From: Candidatus Hydrogenedentota bacterium
Lineage (GTDB): Bacteria > Hydrogenedentota > Hydrogenedentia > Hydrogenedentales > SLHB01
DNA length: 64,000 nt
Direction: 5' to 3'
NCBI GenBank assembly: GCA_963668025.2
Contig: CAXXTH010000018.1
Span: forward strand, 352,001 to 416,000
The notes below the pieces were generated by a model, which saw only the letters and a list, made by a program, of their open reading frames with translations, ran no database searches and was not told the origin of the DNA. The position numbers and the translations under genes are program-made. Within the stretch, counting starts at the first letter, position 1; each line of letters opens with the position of its first letter. Positions 1 through 9,398 of this stretch are shown in pieces.

Positions 1-755
1 TCGATGGTGGCGGGATGCCCTTCGCGCACGGCTTCATCGAGTTCATTCACGGCTTTACCATCCGTGCCAGGGCCTTGGATGAACCGCAGATCTTTCCCGA
101 TAATGGCCTGCGCCGCATATCCCGTCAGGCGCTCGAAGCCTTGGTTCACATACACTATAGGCCGCCGGGGCTCCTGCGCATCCGTGATGGTGATGCCTTC
201 CGAGGCGGACGCCATGGCGCGGTTGAGAAAACGCATCTCCTCTTCCGCGCGTTTGCGCGCCGTGATATCGCGAAAGACGCCAAACGCGCCTTGCACAATC
301 CCATACTCATCGTAAATAGGCCGGGTGGTGATGCTGAGCCACACATCCTGGTCCGTAGCCGTATCCACGACATAGACATCCTCGAGATCCACAGTCTCGC
401 CCTGCACGGCTCGGCCTAGGGGCCGCTCCGCGTCCGAAATGGGAGTCGTCTTGTCGGCGAGCCACATTTCATAACGATCAGTCCATTGCTCCAGCCGCAT
501 ATCGAGGAGGTTATCGGTGAAAAGCAGCCGCGCGGCGGGATTGCACAGCACAACCCGCAGGTCCGTGCTGACCACCACAAGGGCGTCGCCCATGCTATCC
601 AATACCGACTGCAACAGCCGCAACTCCGCAAGCTGCTGGGGCAGGCGCGTTTCTTCCTTCGCGCTCGGCGTGACAGCCGGCTCGGAAACAACCTGCAAAT
701 CGTCCGGCGCTATACGGCGCTGGACATATTCGCCTTTCGCGGCAGATGTATCCAT
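1..755 (-). CDS. PAS-PAS(LOV-like) sensor protein, N-terminal part; runs off window edge (not in ORF track)
   Basis: Manual translation from ATG 755 (RBS GAGGG) is open to position 1: ...LQSVLDSMGDALVVV...VFRDITARKRAEEE (PAS/PAC), then GITITDAQEPRRPIVYVNQGFERLTGY...GKDLRFIQGPGTD (LOV-type PAS). Confidence 0.9.
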   Translation of the reverse strand, partial: MDTSAAKGEYVQRRIAPDDLQVVSEPAVTPSAKEETRLPQQLAELRLLQSVLDSMGDALVVVSTDLRVVLCNPAARLLFTDNLLDMRLEQWTDRYEMWLADKTTPISDAERPLGRAVQGETVDLEDVYVVDTATDQDVWLSITTRPIYDEYGIVQGAFGVFRDITARKRAEEEMRFLNRAMASASEGITITDAQEPRRPIVYVNQGFERLTGYAAQAIIGKDLRFIQGPGTDGKAVNELDEAVREGHPATI

Positions 756-829
756 AATCCCTCGTCTGGGAGTTAATCTTGGCTCTAGTATGGCATTCAC
801 TGTCATGGCTTTCCAAGCCTTTATGTTGA

Positions 830-948
830 ATCGTTGATGTTCCCCAAACGGGGAAAGAATAGCCTCGGCGATTCGAGGCCGCGACGGATCGGTTAGATCC
901 CCATGTGGAAACTACACAAAGCTTCCACCCCCTTGGGGCAACATCGAT
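830..948 (-). ncRNA. Candidate structured leader RNA (four-way junction)
   Basis: Closing helix GAUGUUGCCCCAA/UUGGGGAACAUC encloses three hairpins (GUGGAAGCU/AGUUUCCAC, GGAUC/GAUCC, GCCUCG/CGAGGC); lies between a minus-strand TATAAT (1004-1009) and ATG 755. Confidence 0.35.
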
Positions 949-1069
949 GTCTTTGCTGGTTCATATCGAGATTCCTCGTCTCGCAACGTTATCTTTGATG
1001 TATATTATACCCTACGTATGCATATTCGTTGCATCGCTCATTAAAAAATAACAGGGAAGCATCAGCGCC

Positions 1070-1094
1070 TTAAACTCCCGCTTCTATAAAAAAC
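1070..1094. repeat. 25-bp IS-end-like sequence, inverted copy at 50390-50414
   Basis: TTAAACTCCCGCTTCTATAAAAAAC matches the reverse complement of 50390-50414 at 24/25 positions. Confidence 0.6.
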
Positions 1095-1445
1095 AAGTAA
1101 CACTTTGGCCAAGTGGTACAGAATGGCCAACAAGGGCGCCGGCCGTGGTCCTAAAATCCGGCTCTTTGATTGCGGGCATGCCGCGTGTTGGGCCTTGTAT
1201 TCTTTGCGCCTTCGCGGCTTCGCGTGAAACACATTATTATAGATTGTACACACTACTACTACTAGTACGCCCATCCAATTTATACTCACTCAAAGCCGCC
1301 AAGAACACAGATCCAAATGAGAATAATCAGCGTTATGCCGTTCCATTGGGTGGTGGGCAGCGCCCACGTCAGGAATACTCGCTCCGCCTTGCAGCGGCAT
1401 GATACACTTATCCCATGCAAATCCATGGCATTGGAAAGGAAATAT

Positions 1446-2087
1446 ATGTTGAATAAGCCTAAAGAAAAACGAGGCGCCCGCCGGGCCGCCCGCGATGTAT
1501 CTCATGATTTTGATAAAGACATATGGAAACCCGGCACTTTGTTGTGTCCTGTTCCCGCAGTGATGTTGACATGCGCGGACGAAGACGGCCATGCCAATAT
1601 CATCACGGTGGCCTGGGCGGGCACCGTGTGCAGCGAACCGCCAATGTTGTCCGTCTCCATTCGCGAAGAACGCCACTCCTATGGCCTTATCACAAAGACC
1701 GGCCAATTCGTGGTGAATATCCCTTCCGTGGATCAGGTCCGCGCCATGGATTACTGCGGCGTGGTATCCGGCCGCGATATAGACAAATTCGCCGAGACCG
1801 GGCTTACCCCCACGCCTGCGGCGCAGGTGCGTCCTCCGTTGATTGCCGAATGCCCCATCAACATCGAGTGCGAAGTGCGCCAAACATTGAATCTCGGCAG
1901 CCACGCCATGTTCGTGGCGGAGATCCTTCAAGTCCATGTAAACCACCGGATGGTCACCGCATCCGGGCGCTTCGCCCTCGAACAGGCGCGATTGGCCGCA
2001 TTCGCCCACGGCGGATATTACGCCTTGGGCAAAAAAATAGGCTTCTTCGGCTATTCCGTGCAGAAAAAGACCAAGAAAGATGCCTGA
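1446..2087 (+). CDS. Flavin reductase-like family protein
   Basis: PVPAVMLT...NIITVAW...PPMLSVSIREERHS...GQFVVNIP...CGVVSGRDIDKF...ECPINIEC...GSH motifs; start moved to ATG 1446 behind GGAAAGGA. Confidence 0.9.
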   Translation: MLNKPKEKRGARRAARDVSHDFDKDIWKPGTLLCPVPAVMLTCADEDGHANIITVAWAGTVCSEPPMLSVSIREERHSYGLITKTGQFVVNIPSVDQVRAMDYCGVVSGRDIDKFAETGLTPTPAAQVRPPLIAECPINIECEVRQTLNLGSHAMFVAEILQVHVNHRMVTASGRFALEQARLAAFAHGGYYALGKKIGFFGYSVQKKTKKDA

Positions 2088-2105
2088 TATGGCGGGAAAC
2101 GGAGG

Positions 2106-3899
2106 ATGCCTAACCACGGAAACCTTGCCGTGAAGCGCGCTTCCATCGCACTGCTCCTCCTGATCGCCGCAGGCATCGCGGCCCGCGTGATATGCCCCGC
2201 CGCCGATCCACCGCTGCATCGCCAAAGCGGCGCGACGTGGTGGGATGAATATATCGCCCATGACGCGCGAAACGCTGTCCTATGGGGCAATTACGCCACG
2301 GACGCCTACCGCTCGATGCTCGAGGCCCCGCTGCATGTCTATCTCACGCGGCTGACGTTTGAGGCTTTCGGCGTACACTACTGGAGCCTGCGTTTGCCCG
2401 CCATGGCGGGCGGAGTGGCGTCGCTCTTTCTATTATATTGGTTGATTCGCGTTGCAGGAGGCTCTCGTATCGCCAGCCTCCTCGCTACGGCATTCGCCGC
2501 CATATCCTGGTGCTTAATAGGCATCAGCAGAACAGCCATCGTGGAATCAACGCTATTGCCGTGCCTATTGCTGGCCTTACTCGGCGTATGCATGGGCGAA
2601 TCAAGGCGGCGTATTGGATGGTACGCCATGGCTGGCGTTTGTGGCGGCCTCGCCTTTCTCACGAAAATGACGGCAGGCGCATTGCTGCTCCCCATGGCGG
2701 CCTATCTGGCCTTTGGCGCATGCGCCAGCGCATCCTCCCCCCCATCGCCGCGCTGGCGCGCCACACGGACCTGCGCCTTCGCTATTCCGATGGCCACCGT
2801 AGCGTGTGCGGGATATGCGGCCTGGGTGCTGCCCCACTACCGCGCTTTTCAAACGCTCGTGCTCGATACCCAGGCGGCGGGCCGCCTGCATAACTCGCTG
2901 GCCATGCTGGGGCTTAACATCCCTTTTCTCCTCGAATCGCAAGCCTTTCTCACCACACCCGCCCTCTTCATCGCCGTGTTTTTGTGCCTGCCCGGACTCA
3001 TCAGCGCCCGCAAATGCGCGCCGCTAGGCCACACGGCCTCAATGCAGCGCTTCGCTCTAGGCCTTGTGCTGGCTACAAGTATCGGTGGAACTTGCATTTA
3101 CGTGTGGTTTGACGTAGTGGCGCGCCGGTTCGCCTGGGCCACATTCATCGCTGCCTTCCTTGCCGCCTGCGCATGGGACACCCAGGAAGAACACGAAGAT
3201 GCTCCCCCATCGAACCATTTTCAACACATATTGCGCTTCACGTGCTGCATGGTGTCGGGCTTAATCGCCATAGGATGGGCTTTTTCCCCCAATGGCGGGC
3301 TCCTTGCCTTCTTGACGCCCGCCCTCGCCGCCCACATGCTCTACGACATGCCCATCAAGATCACTTATAAACTGCTCTGGCTTGCACTCGGCGCTGGCGT
3401 GGGCGCACTCGTTTGGCGCGCCCTCCGCACACATTGGGAAAGCATATGGCGCAACCGGCGCCGCATGCTTGCCGCCGCTCTGGTGTTCCAAGGGGCATAC
3501 TTCGCCATGGCGGCAGGCTTATATGCGGCGCGCTGCACGTACACCATCCAAAACGCTTCACGGGCCATGGCCAATTATGCACAGCCGGGTGAATATGTGC
3601 TTGGGGTGGATGCACTCGCCATTTGTTTTGAAAATGATACCCGGCCTTTGGCCTGGTATCCCGGCATTCTCTGGGGCAACCGGGATGAATCCGTCCTGGA
3701 ATCTACGTTCAAGCCCCGTTTTCTGCTCACTGCGGCATTCCGCATCCCCACGATAAACCGTTCTTCCTCCGCATACATCAAAAGCTTCATAGACCATCCC
3801 ATCGCGCGGTTTCCTCTATTTGAACTCAATGAATGCCCTGCGCTCAAAGGAGATCTGGTGTTGTTTGAACGGGATAGCTCAACTGCGGATTCACCTTAG
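2106..3899 (+). CDS. ArnT/PMT-like (GT-C fold) membrane glycosyltransferase
   Basis: WWDE motif after first TM, APLH, FG...SLRLP, GLAFLTK; many hydrophobic segments. Confidence 0.8.
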   Translation: MPNHGNLAVKRASIALLLLIAAGIAARVICPAADPPLHRQSGATWWDEYIAHDARNAVLWGNYATDAYRSMLEAPLHVYLTRLTFEAFGVHYWSLRLPAMAGGVASLFLLYWLIRVAGGSRIASLLATAFAAISWCLIGISRTAIVESTLLPCLLLALLGVCMGESRRRIGWYAMAGVCGGLAFLTKMTAGALLLPMAAYLAFGACASASSPPSPRWRATRTCAFAIPMATVACAGYAAWVLPHYRAFQTLVLDTQAAGRLHNSLAMLGLNIPFLLESQAFLTTPALFIAVFLCLPGLISARKCAPLGHTASMQRFALGLVLATSIGGTCIYVWFDVVARRFAWATFIAAFLAACAWDTQEEHEDAPPSNHFQHILRFTCCMVSGLIAIGWAFSPNGGLLAFLTPALAAHMLYDMPIKITYKLLWLALGAGVGALVWRALRTHWESIWRNRRRMLAAALVFQGAYFAMAAGLYAARCTYTIQNASRAMANYAQPGEYVLGVDALAICFENDTRPLAWYPGILWGNRDESVLESTFKPRFLLTAAFRIPTINRSSSAYIKSFIDHPIARFPLFELNECPALKGDLVLFERDSSTADSP

Positions 3900-3983
3900 C
3901 TCCGCAGGCTGGCATGGTGTATAATGCAGTTTCGCCGCATGCGAAGGTTGCAATAGATTATTAAGGCATAACAAACGCATCTA

Positions 3984-4070
3984 GGCCACGAAATGACTTG
4001 AAATATGCCACATAAATCACAAGAAATCACAAGAAATTCTTCTTTCGAGTTGCTTGCGCCTTATGTGGCT
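3984..4070. repeat. Degenerate 9-10-nt-period palindromic element
   Basis: GCCACATAAATCACAAGAAATCACAAGAA...TTGCTTGCGCCTTATGTGGC imperfect inverted repeat. Confidence 0.5.
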
Positions 4071-4207
4071 AATATTCCGCTGGCGGGACAAGAAAGTTGT
4101 ATACGGCGCATACGCTTTTGTATCATGATAGGTAGTATTAATTGCTAGTTCTTAATTGTTTAAGGCTAGTTCTTACTTGCACGAAAACAGAGAAAGGGGC
4201 CCGTTCC

Positions 4208-5485
4208 ATGTTTCCGGTATTAAACGACTCAAGCATCGAAAAATCGTATGGAAACGCTCGTGAGGTGTACGCCCAATATGGCGTGGATACAGAAGCCGCC
4301 ATGAAAAAACTGGCAGCCATCGCCATTTCCTTTCATTGCTGGCAAGGCGATGATGTGGGCGGATTCGAAGGGCAGACGAGTTTCGAAGGTAGCGGCATTG
4401 CAGCTACGGGCAATTATCCTGGAAAACCGCGCACGGCGGATGAACTGCGCGCCGACCTTGATAAAGCCCTCAGTCTTGTACCTGGCACGCACCGCCTCAA
4501 TCTGCAAGCCTCCTATGGCGATTTTGCTGGCAAAAATGTGGACCGTAATGAATACCAGCCAGAATTCTACACCGCCTGGATCGATTGGGCGAAATCGAAG
4601 GGTATGGGACTAGATTTTAATCCCACCTGTTTTGGCCACCCAAAAGCCTCGACTAGCTTCACCCTCTCCCACAGCGATTCCGGTATCCGCCAGTTCTGGG
4701 TCGAACACTGCATCGCAAGCCGCAAGATCGGCGCGCATATGGGCAAATCCCTTGGCACGCCATGCGTGACCAATATATGGATTCCGGACGGCTTTAAGGA
4801 TATTCCCGTAGACCGCATGGCCGCCCGCAAACGCCTTGCCAACTCCCTGGATGCCGTTTTGGCGGAGAAGATAGATCCGGCGTATAATCTCGATGCCGTC
4901 GAGAGCAAGTTGTTCGGTATCGCCTCCGAAAGCTGCGTAATCGGCTCGCATGAGTTTTATATGGGATACGCTCTCCGAAATAATATTCTCGTTTGTTACG
5001 ACATCGGCCATTTTCATCCCACGGAAGTCGTATCGGACAAGATTTCCAGCACATTGCTGTTCCTTAACGAGATTCTGCTCCACTTCAGCCGCGGCGTGCG
5101 CTGGGACAGCGACCATGTCCTCACCTATACAGATGAAGTACGGGCGATTACCGAGGAAATCGTGCGCAACGATTTCCTGAATCGGGTGCATATTAGTCTT
5201 GACTTCTTCGATGCCAGCATCAACCGTGTGGCCGCTTGGGTCATCGGTTCCCGCGCCCTGCTGAAGGCCCTCCTTCACGCGCTGCTCGAACCGACGCCCA
5301 TGCTCAGGAAACTGGAGGAAGATGGCGATAATACCTCGCGCCTAGCCATGCTTGAAGAGGTGAAGGCTTTGCCGATGAGCTCCATATGGGATTATTACTG
5401 CATGCGCCAGAATGTCCCCGTGGGCGCGGCGTGGCTCAACGAAATCAAACAATACGAAACGGATGTGCTGTTCAAACGCAGCTAA
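4208..5485 (+). CDS. rhaA: L-rhamnose isomerase
   Basis: HCWQGDDVGGFE, ATGNYPGK, DFNPTCF, WIPDG, DAVESKLFGI, GHFHPTE, SRGVRWDSDHV, LDFFDASINR. Confidence 0.97.
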   Translation: MFPVLNDSSIEKSYGNAREVYAQYGVDTEAAMKKLAAIAISFHCWQGDDVGGFEGQTSFEGSGIAATGNYPGKPRTADELRADLDKALSLVPGTHRLNLQASYGDFAGKNVDRNEYQPEFYTAWIDWAKSKGMGLDFNPTCFGHPKASTSFTLSHSDSGIRQFWVEHCIASRKIGAHMGKSLGTPCVTNIWIPDGFKDIPVDRMAARKRLANSLDAVLAEKIDPAYNLDAVESKLFGIASESCVIGSHEFYMGYALRNNILVCYDIGHFHPTEVVSDKISSTLLFLNEILLHFSRGVRWDSDHVLTYTDEVRAITEEIVRNDFLNRVHISLDFFDASINRVAAWVIGSRALLKALLHALLEPTPMLRKLEEDGDNTSRLAMLEEVKALPMSSIWDYYCMRQNVPVGAAWLNEIKQYETDVLFKRS

Positions 5486-5497
5486 TCAAGAAGAATC

Positions 5498-5536
5498 CAG
5501 CCGGGCGCGATACTCATCCGCGCCCGGCTGTTTTTT
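5498..5536 (+). terminator. Rho-independent terminator after rhaA
   Basis: CAGCCGGGCGCG / CGCGCCCGGCTG stem followed by a T-run. Confidence 0.85.
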
Positions 5537-5567
5537 GGGGCTATGCATTTGGAAATAAGCAAATGGT

Positions 5568-6719
5568 TTAAGTAGACATTGGGCGGGGATATGGCCACTG
5601 GTCCAATGCAAACTTCCAGCACGTTTCTACCTTCTGTATATCGATTTCGTGCAGTGTGAAGGCGTTTTTTCGATATCCCTTGCATTTGCCTAGATACGCT
5701 TCCATCTGAGAGCGGGCTTCTTGCCAGCCGGAAAAATTCAAGCCGGCATACACCCGCTCGAGCTCTTCAAGCGGATGCGCATCCAGGTCTTCAAACGTGA
5801 TCTCGATCAGATGGCCCGGCGGAATTAGGTGCCGCTCATCCAAATAACGCTGCATCATTTCTTCGTAAAAAGACAGGACGGCCTCTTCAATCTCGGCGTC
5901 ACCAATACGTTGAAACGCCAGCATATCGATCATCTTGCGGTGAAGTCGTTGAGTGGATTTAAACACGATATAAGGATTGCGGCGGATGTGGACGAATTTC
6001 GCATCCGGGTACATCTCCAATAAGAGCGGTATGCGAGCCGTATTCGCCGGATTCTTGAGCAGAAGTTGTCCTCCGTGTCCATGAATGGCTGCTTTGCGAA
6101 GAATGGACTGGTAAGCCTGCTTCCACGCCTGCCGCTCCGTTTCTGTTATCCCCTCGAGCAGCACGGCTTTCTGAAAACACTCCTTCAGCAAATGCGGAAA
6201 ATACCATCCCACGTACGGTGAAAGCATGGTGATATTGCAGAGCGCAAGCTCCTCTTCTTGCGGCACATCCGGCGACAAGGCCATGTTGTCCATGGGCCGC
6301 CGCTCGGGCATGAAGAAACGCACCAGCGGGCGTATCGCATTCACTCCCACCAAAAACGAATTGGGCGCTTGCGTTTGCGTCATCGTCACATACGAAAATG
6401 CTGGATCTTGGCAGAGCAGATTATGGAGATGCGTCGTGCCGGAACGCCAATGGCCTATGATGAACACCGGCGGCGCGTTTAGCTCCTGCTGCTCCACCAA
6501 GCTCTCATACGACAGGCGCTCCCACATGCGAAAAGGCGCAGTCATCGGACTCACTAGAGACACAAAAAACGCCACCGCCATCCCATGCGGCGCATCAATG
6601 CCTCTTCCTTTCGTTAATAAGCGAATCCAATGGCGGAAAGAATTCAACGCCAGCGGATGCCATAGGATGGGATGTGTTTGCATGATATTCCTTAAGCGGA
6701 AGAACGCTTGCAACTGCAT
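5568..6719 (-). CDS. PAPS-dependent sulfotransferase (Sulfotransfer_3-like); start may be 6683
   Basis: PVFIIGHWRSGTTHLHNLL, RPMDNM...PQEEE, LLLKNP, KFVHIRRNP. Confidence 0.9.
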   Translation of the reverse strand: MQLQAFFRLRNIMQTHPILWHPLALNSFRHWIRLLTKGRGIDAPHGMAVAFFVSLVSPMTAPFRMWERLSYESLVEQQELNAPPVFIIGHWRSGTTHLHNLLCQDPAFSYVTMTQTQAPNSFLVGVNAIRPLVRFFMPERRPMDNMALSPDVPQEEELALCNITMLSPYVGWYFPHLLKECFQKAVLLEGITETERQAWKQAYQSILRKAAIHGHGGQLLLKNPANTARIPLLLEMYPDAKFVHIRRNPYIVFKSTQRLHRKMIDMLAFQRIGDAEIEEAVLSFYEEMMQRYLDERHLIPPGHLIEITFEDLDAHPLEELERVYAGLNFSGWQEARSQMEAYLGKCKGYRKNAFTLHEIDIQKVETCWKFALDQWPYPRPMST

Positions 6720-6739
6720 TGGCCCATGCGTTTTAGAAC

Positions 6740-6770
6740 AAAAGGCTTTGCGCCGGACGCAAAGCCTTTT
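6740..6770. terminator. Intergenic hairpin with T-runs on both strands
   Basis: AAAAGGCTTTGCG-CCGGA-CGCAAAGCCTTTT. Confidence 0.7.
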
Positions 6771-6796
6771 TCCTAAACAATTGCTTAAATGCTTCC

Positions 6797-8254
6797 TTAT
6801 TGGACAGGCTCGGGATCTTGGGCGCGGTAAACCGTCATTCCTACCACGTCATCCGCGGTGCCTACATAGAAGGTGTCGCCAACGGATTTCATGGTTCGAA
6901 AACCATGAGTGGTTTCCACGCCAAACGCATTGAGCGTTACAGGATACCACTGGACGCCATCGGGGCTTTTGAACATATCCGCCCCAGACCGCATGCCCTT
7001 GTTAAATAAATATTCAATAAGCTCTTTCACACTCGACGCCTTCGAACCCGTGTTCTTCTGGAACATATCCAATATGGAAGAGAAATTAGTGGCAAGAGAC
7101 ACCAGCGCATTCGCTTGATCAAACGTTGTGGCATAGAGCCAGCCATTATGCTCTTCCATTTGCCATAGGTAGGCGTTGGTGAAGAAGTTGAAACCGGAAC
7201 CATATCCCGAGATCGAGTCCGGCCCGACCACTGTCTCCCAGGAATCGTCTTTGGTGATGCGGATCAGATCAAAGCCCTTGAAGCCATTGCCCGTCGAGGG
7301 ATTGACTCCACCCACAAAAAGCAGGCTTCCCATGTACAGCTTATCCTTGAAGACATACGGCGTGCCCACCGTCTCATTACGTGAATCAGGACCGCCGTAG
7401 GCCACTACGCGCACGGCTTCGGCAACAGGCCGATCCGGGCCCGCAAATCGCCATATTTCATATCCAGTAGCGTAATTTGACGTGCCCGCATACAACCAGC
7501 CATTCCAACTGATGAGGCATTCGATCTCGCGGTTGTCCGCATTGCCAAAACCGTCATCAATGGCCTTCCAATATGTTGCGCCGTCGGTAGCCCATATCGT
7601 GCCGATAGCCGGCAAATAGGGATCATCATTGGCCACGGCGATATACAGAATGCCATTATGTTCTTCCATATAGCGGATCGACCCGAACTGCTCGAGCCGC
7701 CATGCTTCCGTCCATGAACCCGGCTCCCCTGTCGCCGAACGCCATATAGCAGGATAATCGCCCATCGTGGAAGCATACAGATAATTCACCCCATCGGATT
7801 GCGCCCGGTATTGCGTCATGTAGCGGAATCCCAAGGTGCGGTATTCATCTGTTCCCGGAATATCACGGAAGTCCAATACCGTTTCCCATGCCTGCGAACC
7901 CTGCTCCGGGCGATAGCGCACGATTTCCGGCTGCATAAATGGCAAGTCATCCACGCTGCCGCTTCCCAGCGCTTCCATCATGCGGGCCAAGGTGAATTGT
8001 CCCAGATTGTTGCACGTGCCCACATATAGGAAACCTTCACTTGCTCCATCCGGAACAAAATAATCCATCGACCAGGCGTACTCATTATGGTCTTGTGCGA
8101 AATCCTCCGCTCCCAGGCCGTACTCCATAATTGTGGAAAAATCATTGGCGCTGAAGCCCTGGATACTGGACGTCACATTGCATTGTGACAAGAAGCCGCA
8201 TGCCAGCGGCGCGACTAACCCCAACAGTATTATCTTTTTACGCACTATACTCAC
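6797..8254 (-). CDS. Secreted hypothetical protein, probable beta-propeller
   Basis: Signal-peptide-like N-terminus; repeated M..(H/W)NG.LY.GT blade motifs; GFGN..N repeats. Confidence 0.7.
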   Translation of the reverse strand: MSIVRKKIILLGLVAPLACGFLSQCNVTSSIQGFSANDFSTIMEYGLGAEDFAQDHNEYAWSMDYFVPDGASEGFLYVGTCNNLGQFTLARMMEALGSGSVDDLPFMQPEIVRYRPEQGSQAWETVLDFRDIPGTDEYRTLGFRYMTQYRAQSDGVNYLYASTMGDYPAIWRSATGEPGSWTEAWRLEQFGSIRYMEEHNGILYIAVANDDPYLPAIGTIWATDGATYWKAIDDGFGNADNREIECLISWNGWLYAGTSNYATGYEIWRFAGPDRPVAEAVRVVAYGGPDSRNETVGTPYVFKDKLYMGSLLFVGGVNPSTGNGFKGFDLIRITKDDSWETVVGPDSISGYGSGFNFFTNAYLWQMEEHNGWLYATTFDQANALVSLATNFSSILDMFQKNTGSKASSVKELIEYLFNKGMRSGADMFKSPDGVQWYPVTLNAFGVETTHGFRTMKSVGDTFYVGTADDVVGMTVYRAQDPEPVQ

Positions 8255-8528
8255 CCTCCATCTCCTTTAATGGTTTCTTCGCTGTTTTTAGCCAATGCAA
8301 ACTCCACCCTGGCATGGCTCTTTTGCTTACGATATTAGCCATAAAGGCTAACATAAATGAAGAGCATACGTCGAAACCGGAACAGAAGGCAAGAAAATCA
8401 ACTAAAAGCACAGAATCGTTTAAATTTACTCTGGAATAGATCAAAACAGGCAGGAAAGCAGGAAACCGATGGGCATTTCGCCTCACCATGATATTGCCAG
8501 AAGATAGCCCGATTCATCCACTCATAAT

Positions 8529-8558
8529 AAACGCGGCGGGCTTGCGCCCGCCGCGTTT
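8529..8558 (-). terminator. Terminator of pilin gene
   Basis: 13-bp perfect stem with GCAA loop on the minus strand, ending in UUUAUU. Confidence 0.8.
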
Positions 8559-8586
8559 CTCCCGTACCCCCTCGAGTTTAGTCCGC

Positions 8587-9051
8587 TTAACCTAGTACAT
8601 CCGAGGCCACCGTCGCCGTACCGGACTGGTCGGCGCGCAACACACCGGATTCATCGATGAAGAATCCGCGGATACCGGTCTTGCCAATGACTTGCGGCGT
8701 CGCCGTCGCGGTATAAGTGGCGACTGCGGCATCGCCAGCCACTACGAAGGTATAGCCGTGCTTCGCACCGCCACCCAAGGTCGTGTCAATATATCCTTGC
8801 ACGCCGTCGCCAGGTGTTGCCAAGTCCGCAAGAGTCGCGGCATACAGCGGGCCATTGGCGGCCGTGCTGATCCCCGCCGCTAAGTATTGAGCTTGAGCGG
8901 ATGAGATAGTGCGCATGGCGCTGATAGCGCCGGCTTCATTCGCGCTGATGCGCGAGCGAAGCAAATTAGGAATGGCGATGGCCGCGATAATCGCGATAAT
9001 AGCCACCACAATCATCAACTCAATCAGCGTGAAACCTTTTTTCGACTTCAT
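8587..9051 (-). CDS. Type IV pilin/pseudopilin-like protein
   Basis: MKSKKG|FTLIELMIVVAIIAIIAAIAIPNLL class III signal, ANEAGAISAMRTI, GYTF, TGIRGFFIDESG; RBS GAGGAGG before ATG 9051. Confidence 0.9.
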   Translation of the reverse strand: MKSKKGFTLIELMIVVAIIAIIAAIAIPNLLRSRISANEAGAISAMRTISSAQAQYLAAGISTAANGPLYAATLADLATPGDGVQGYIDTTLGGGAKHGYTFVVAGDAAVATYTATATPQVIGKTGIRGFFIDESGVLRADQSGTATVASDVLG

Positions 9052-9134
9052 CTCGGAATCCTCCTCGTTCTTTCCTCGTTTCACCGGCCCCGCCAGGACC
9101 CGGCGTGTTTTTTTGCCATAGACATCTTCTATTA

Positions 9135-9151
9135 AGCAACAGTAATGCCAA
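9135..9151 (-). promoter_or_regulatory. Sigma54 (-24/-12) promoter of pilin gene
   Basis: TTGGCATTACTGTTGCT fits TGGCAC-N5-TTGC with one mismatch. Confidence 0.75.
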
Positions 9152-9256
9152 CTTTTACCAAATTATTTAAATACCTATTTTAAAAGGACTTACATAGAAA
9201 CAACGCGCCAGCTTATCAAAAGATGCTCTTATGATGCAGACATAGCTCGACTCTTT

Positions 9257-9273
9257 GTGACAAATTTTGTCAC
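9257..9273. promoter_or_regulatory. Palindrome, candidate enhancer-binding-protein site
   Basis: GTGACAAA-T-TTTGTCAC perfect inverted repeat about 110 bp upstream of the sigma54 box, across an AT-rich spacer. Confidence 0.55.
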
Positions 9274-9398
9274 TTAACACCCTATAAGGAAATCATCACC
9301 TGGCAGGGAATTATTGCCAAAGCAATTTCATGGAACCGCAACGCATCCAGCGTTTATAGTAACGCCTGTGGAATCCGACAAACAGAGGGAGATGGGCG

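Noticed and set aside
830-960. tRNA, c-di-GMP-I riboswitch or retron ncRNA
   Set aside because: No T-loop or CCA, no GCAAA/GAAA tetraloop-receptor layout, no RT nearby; kept only as an unknown structured RNA
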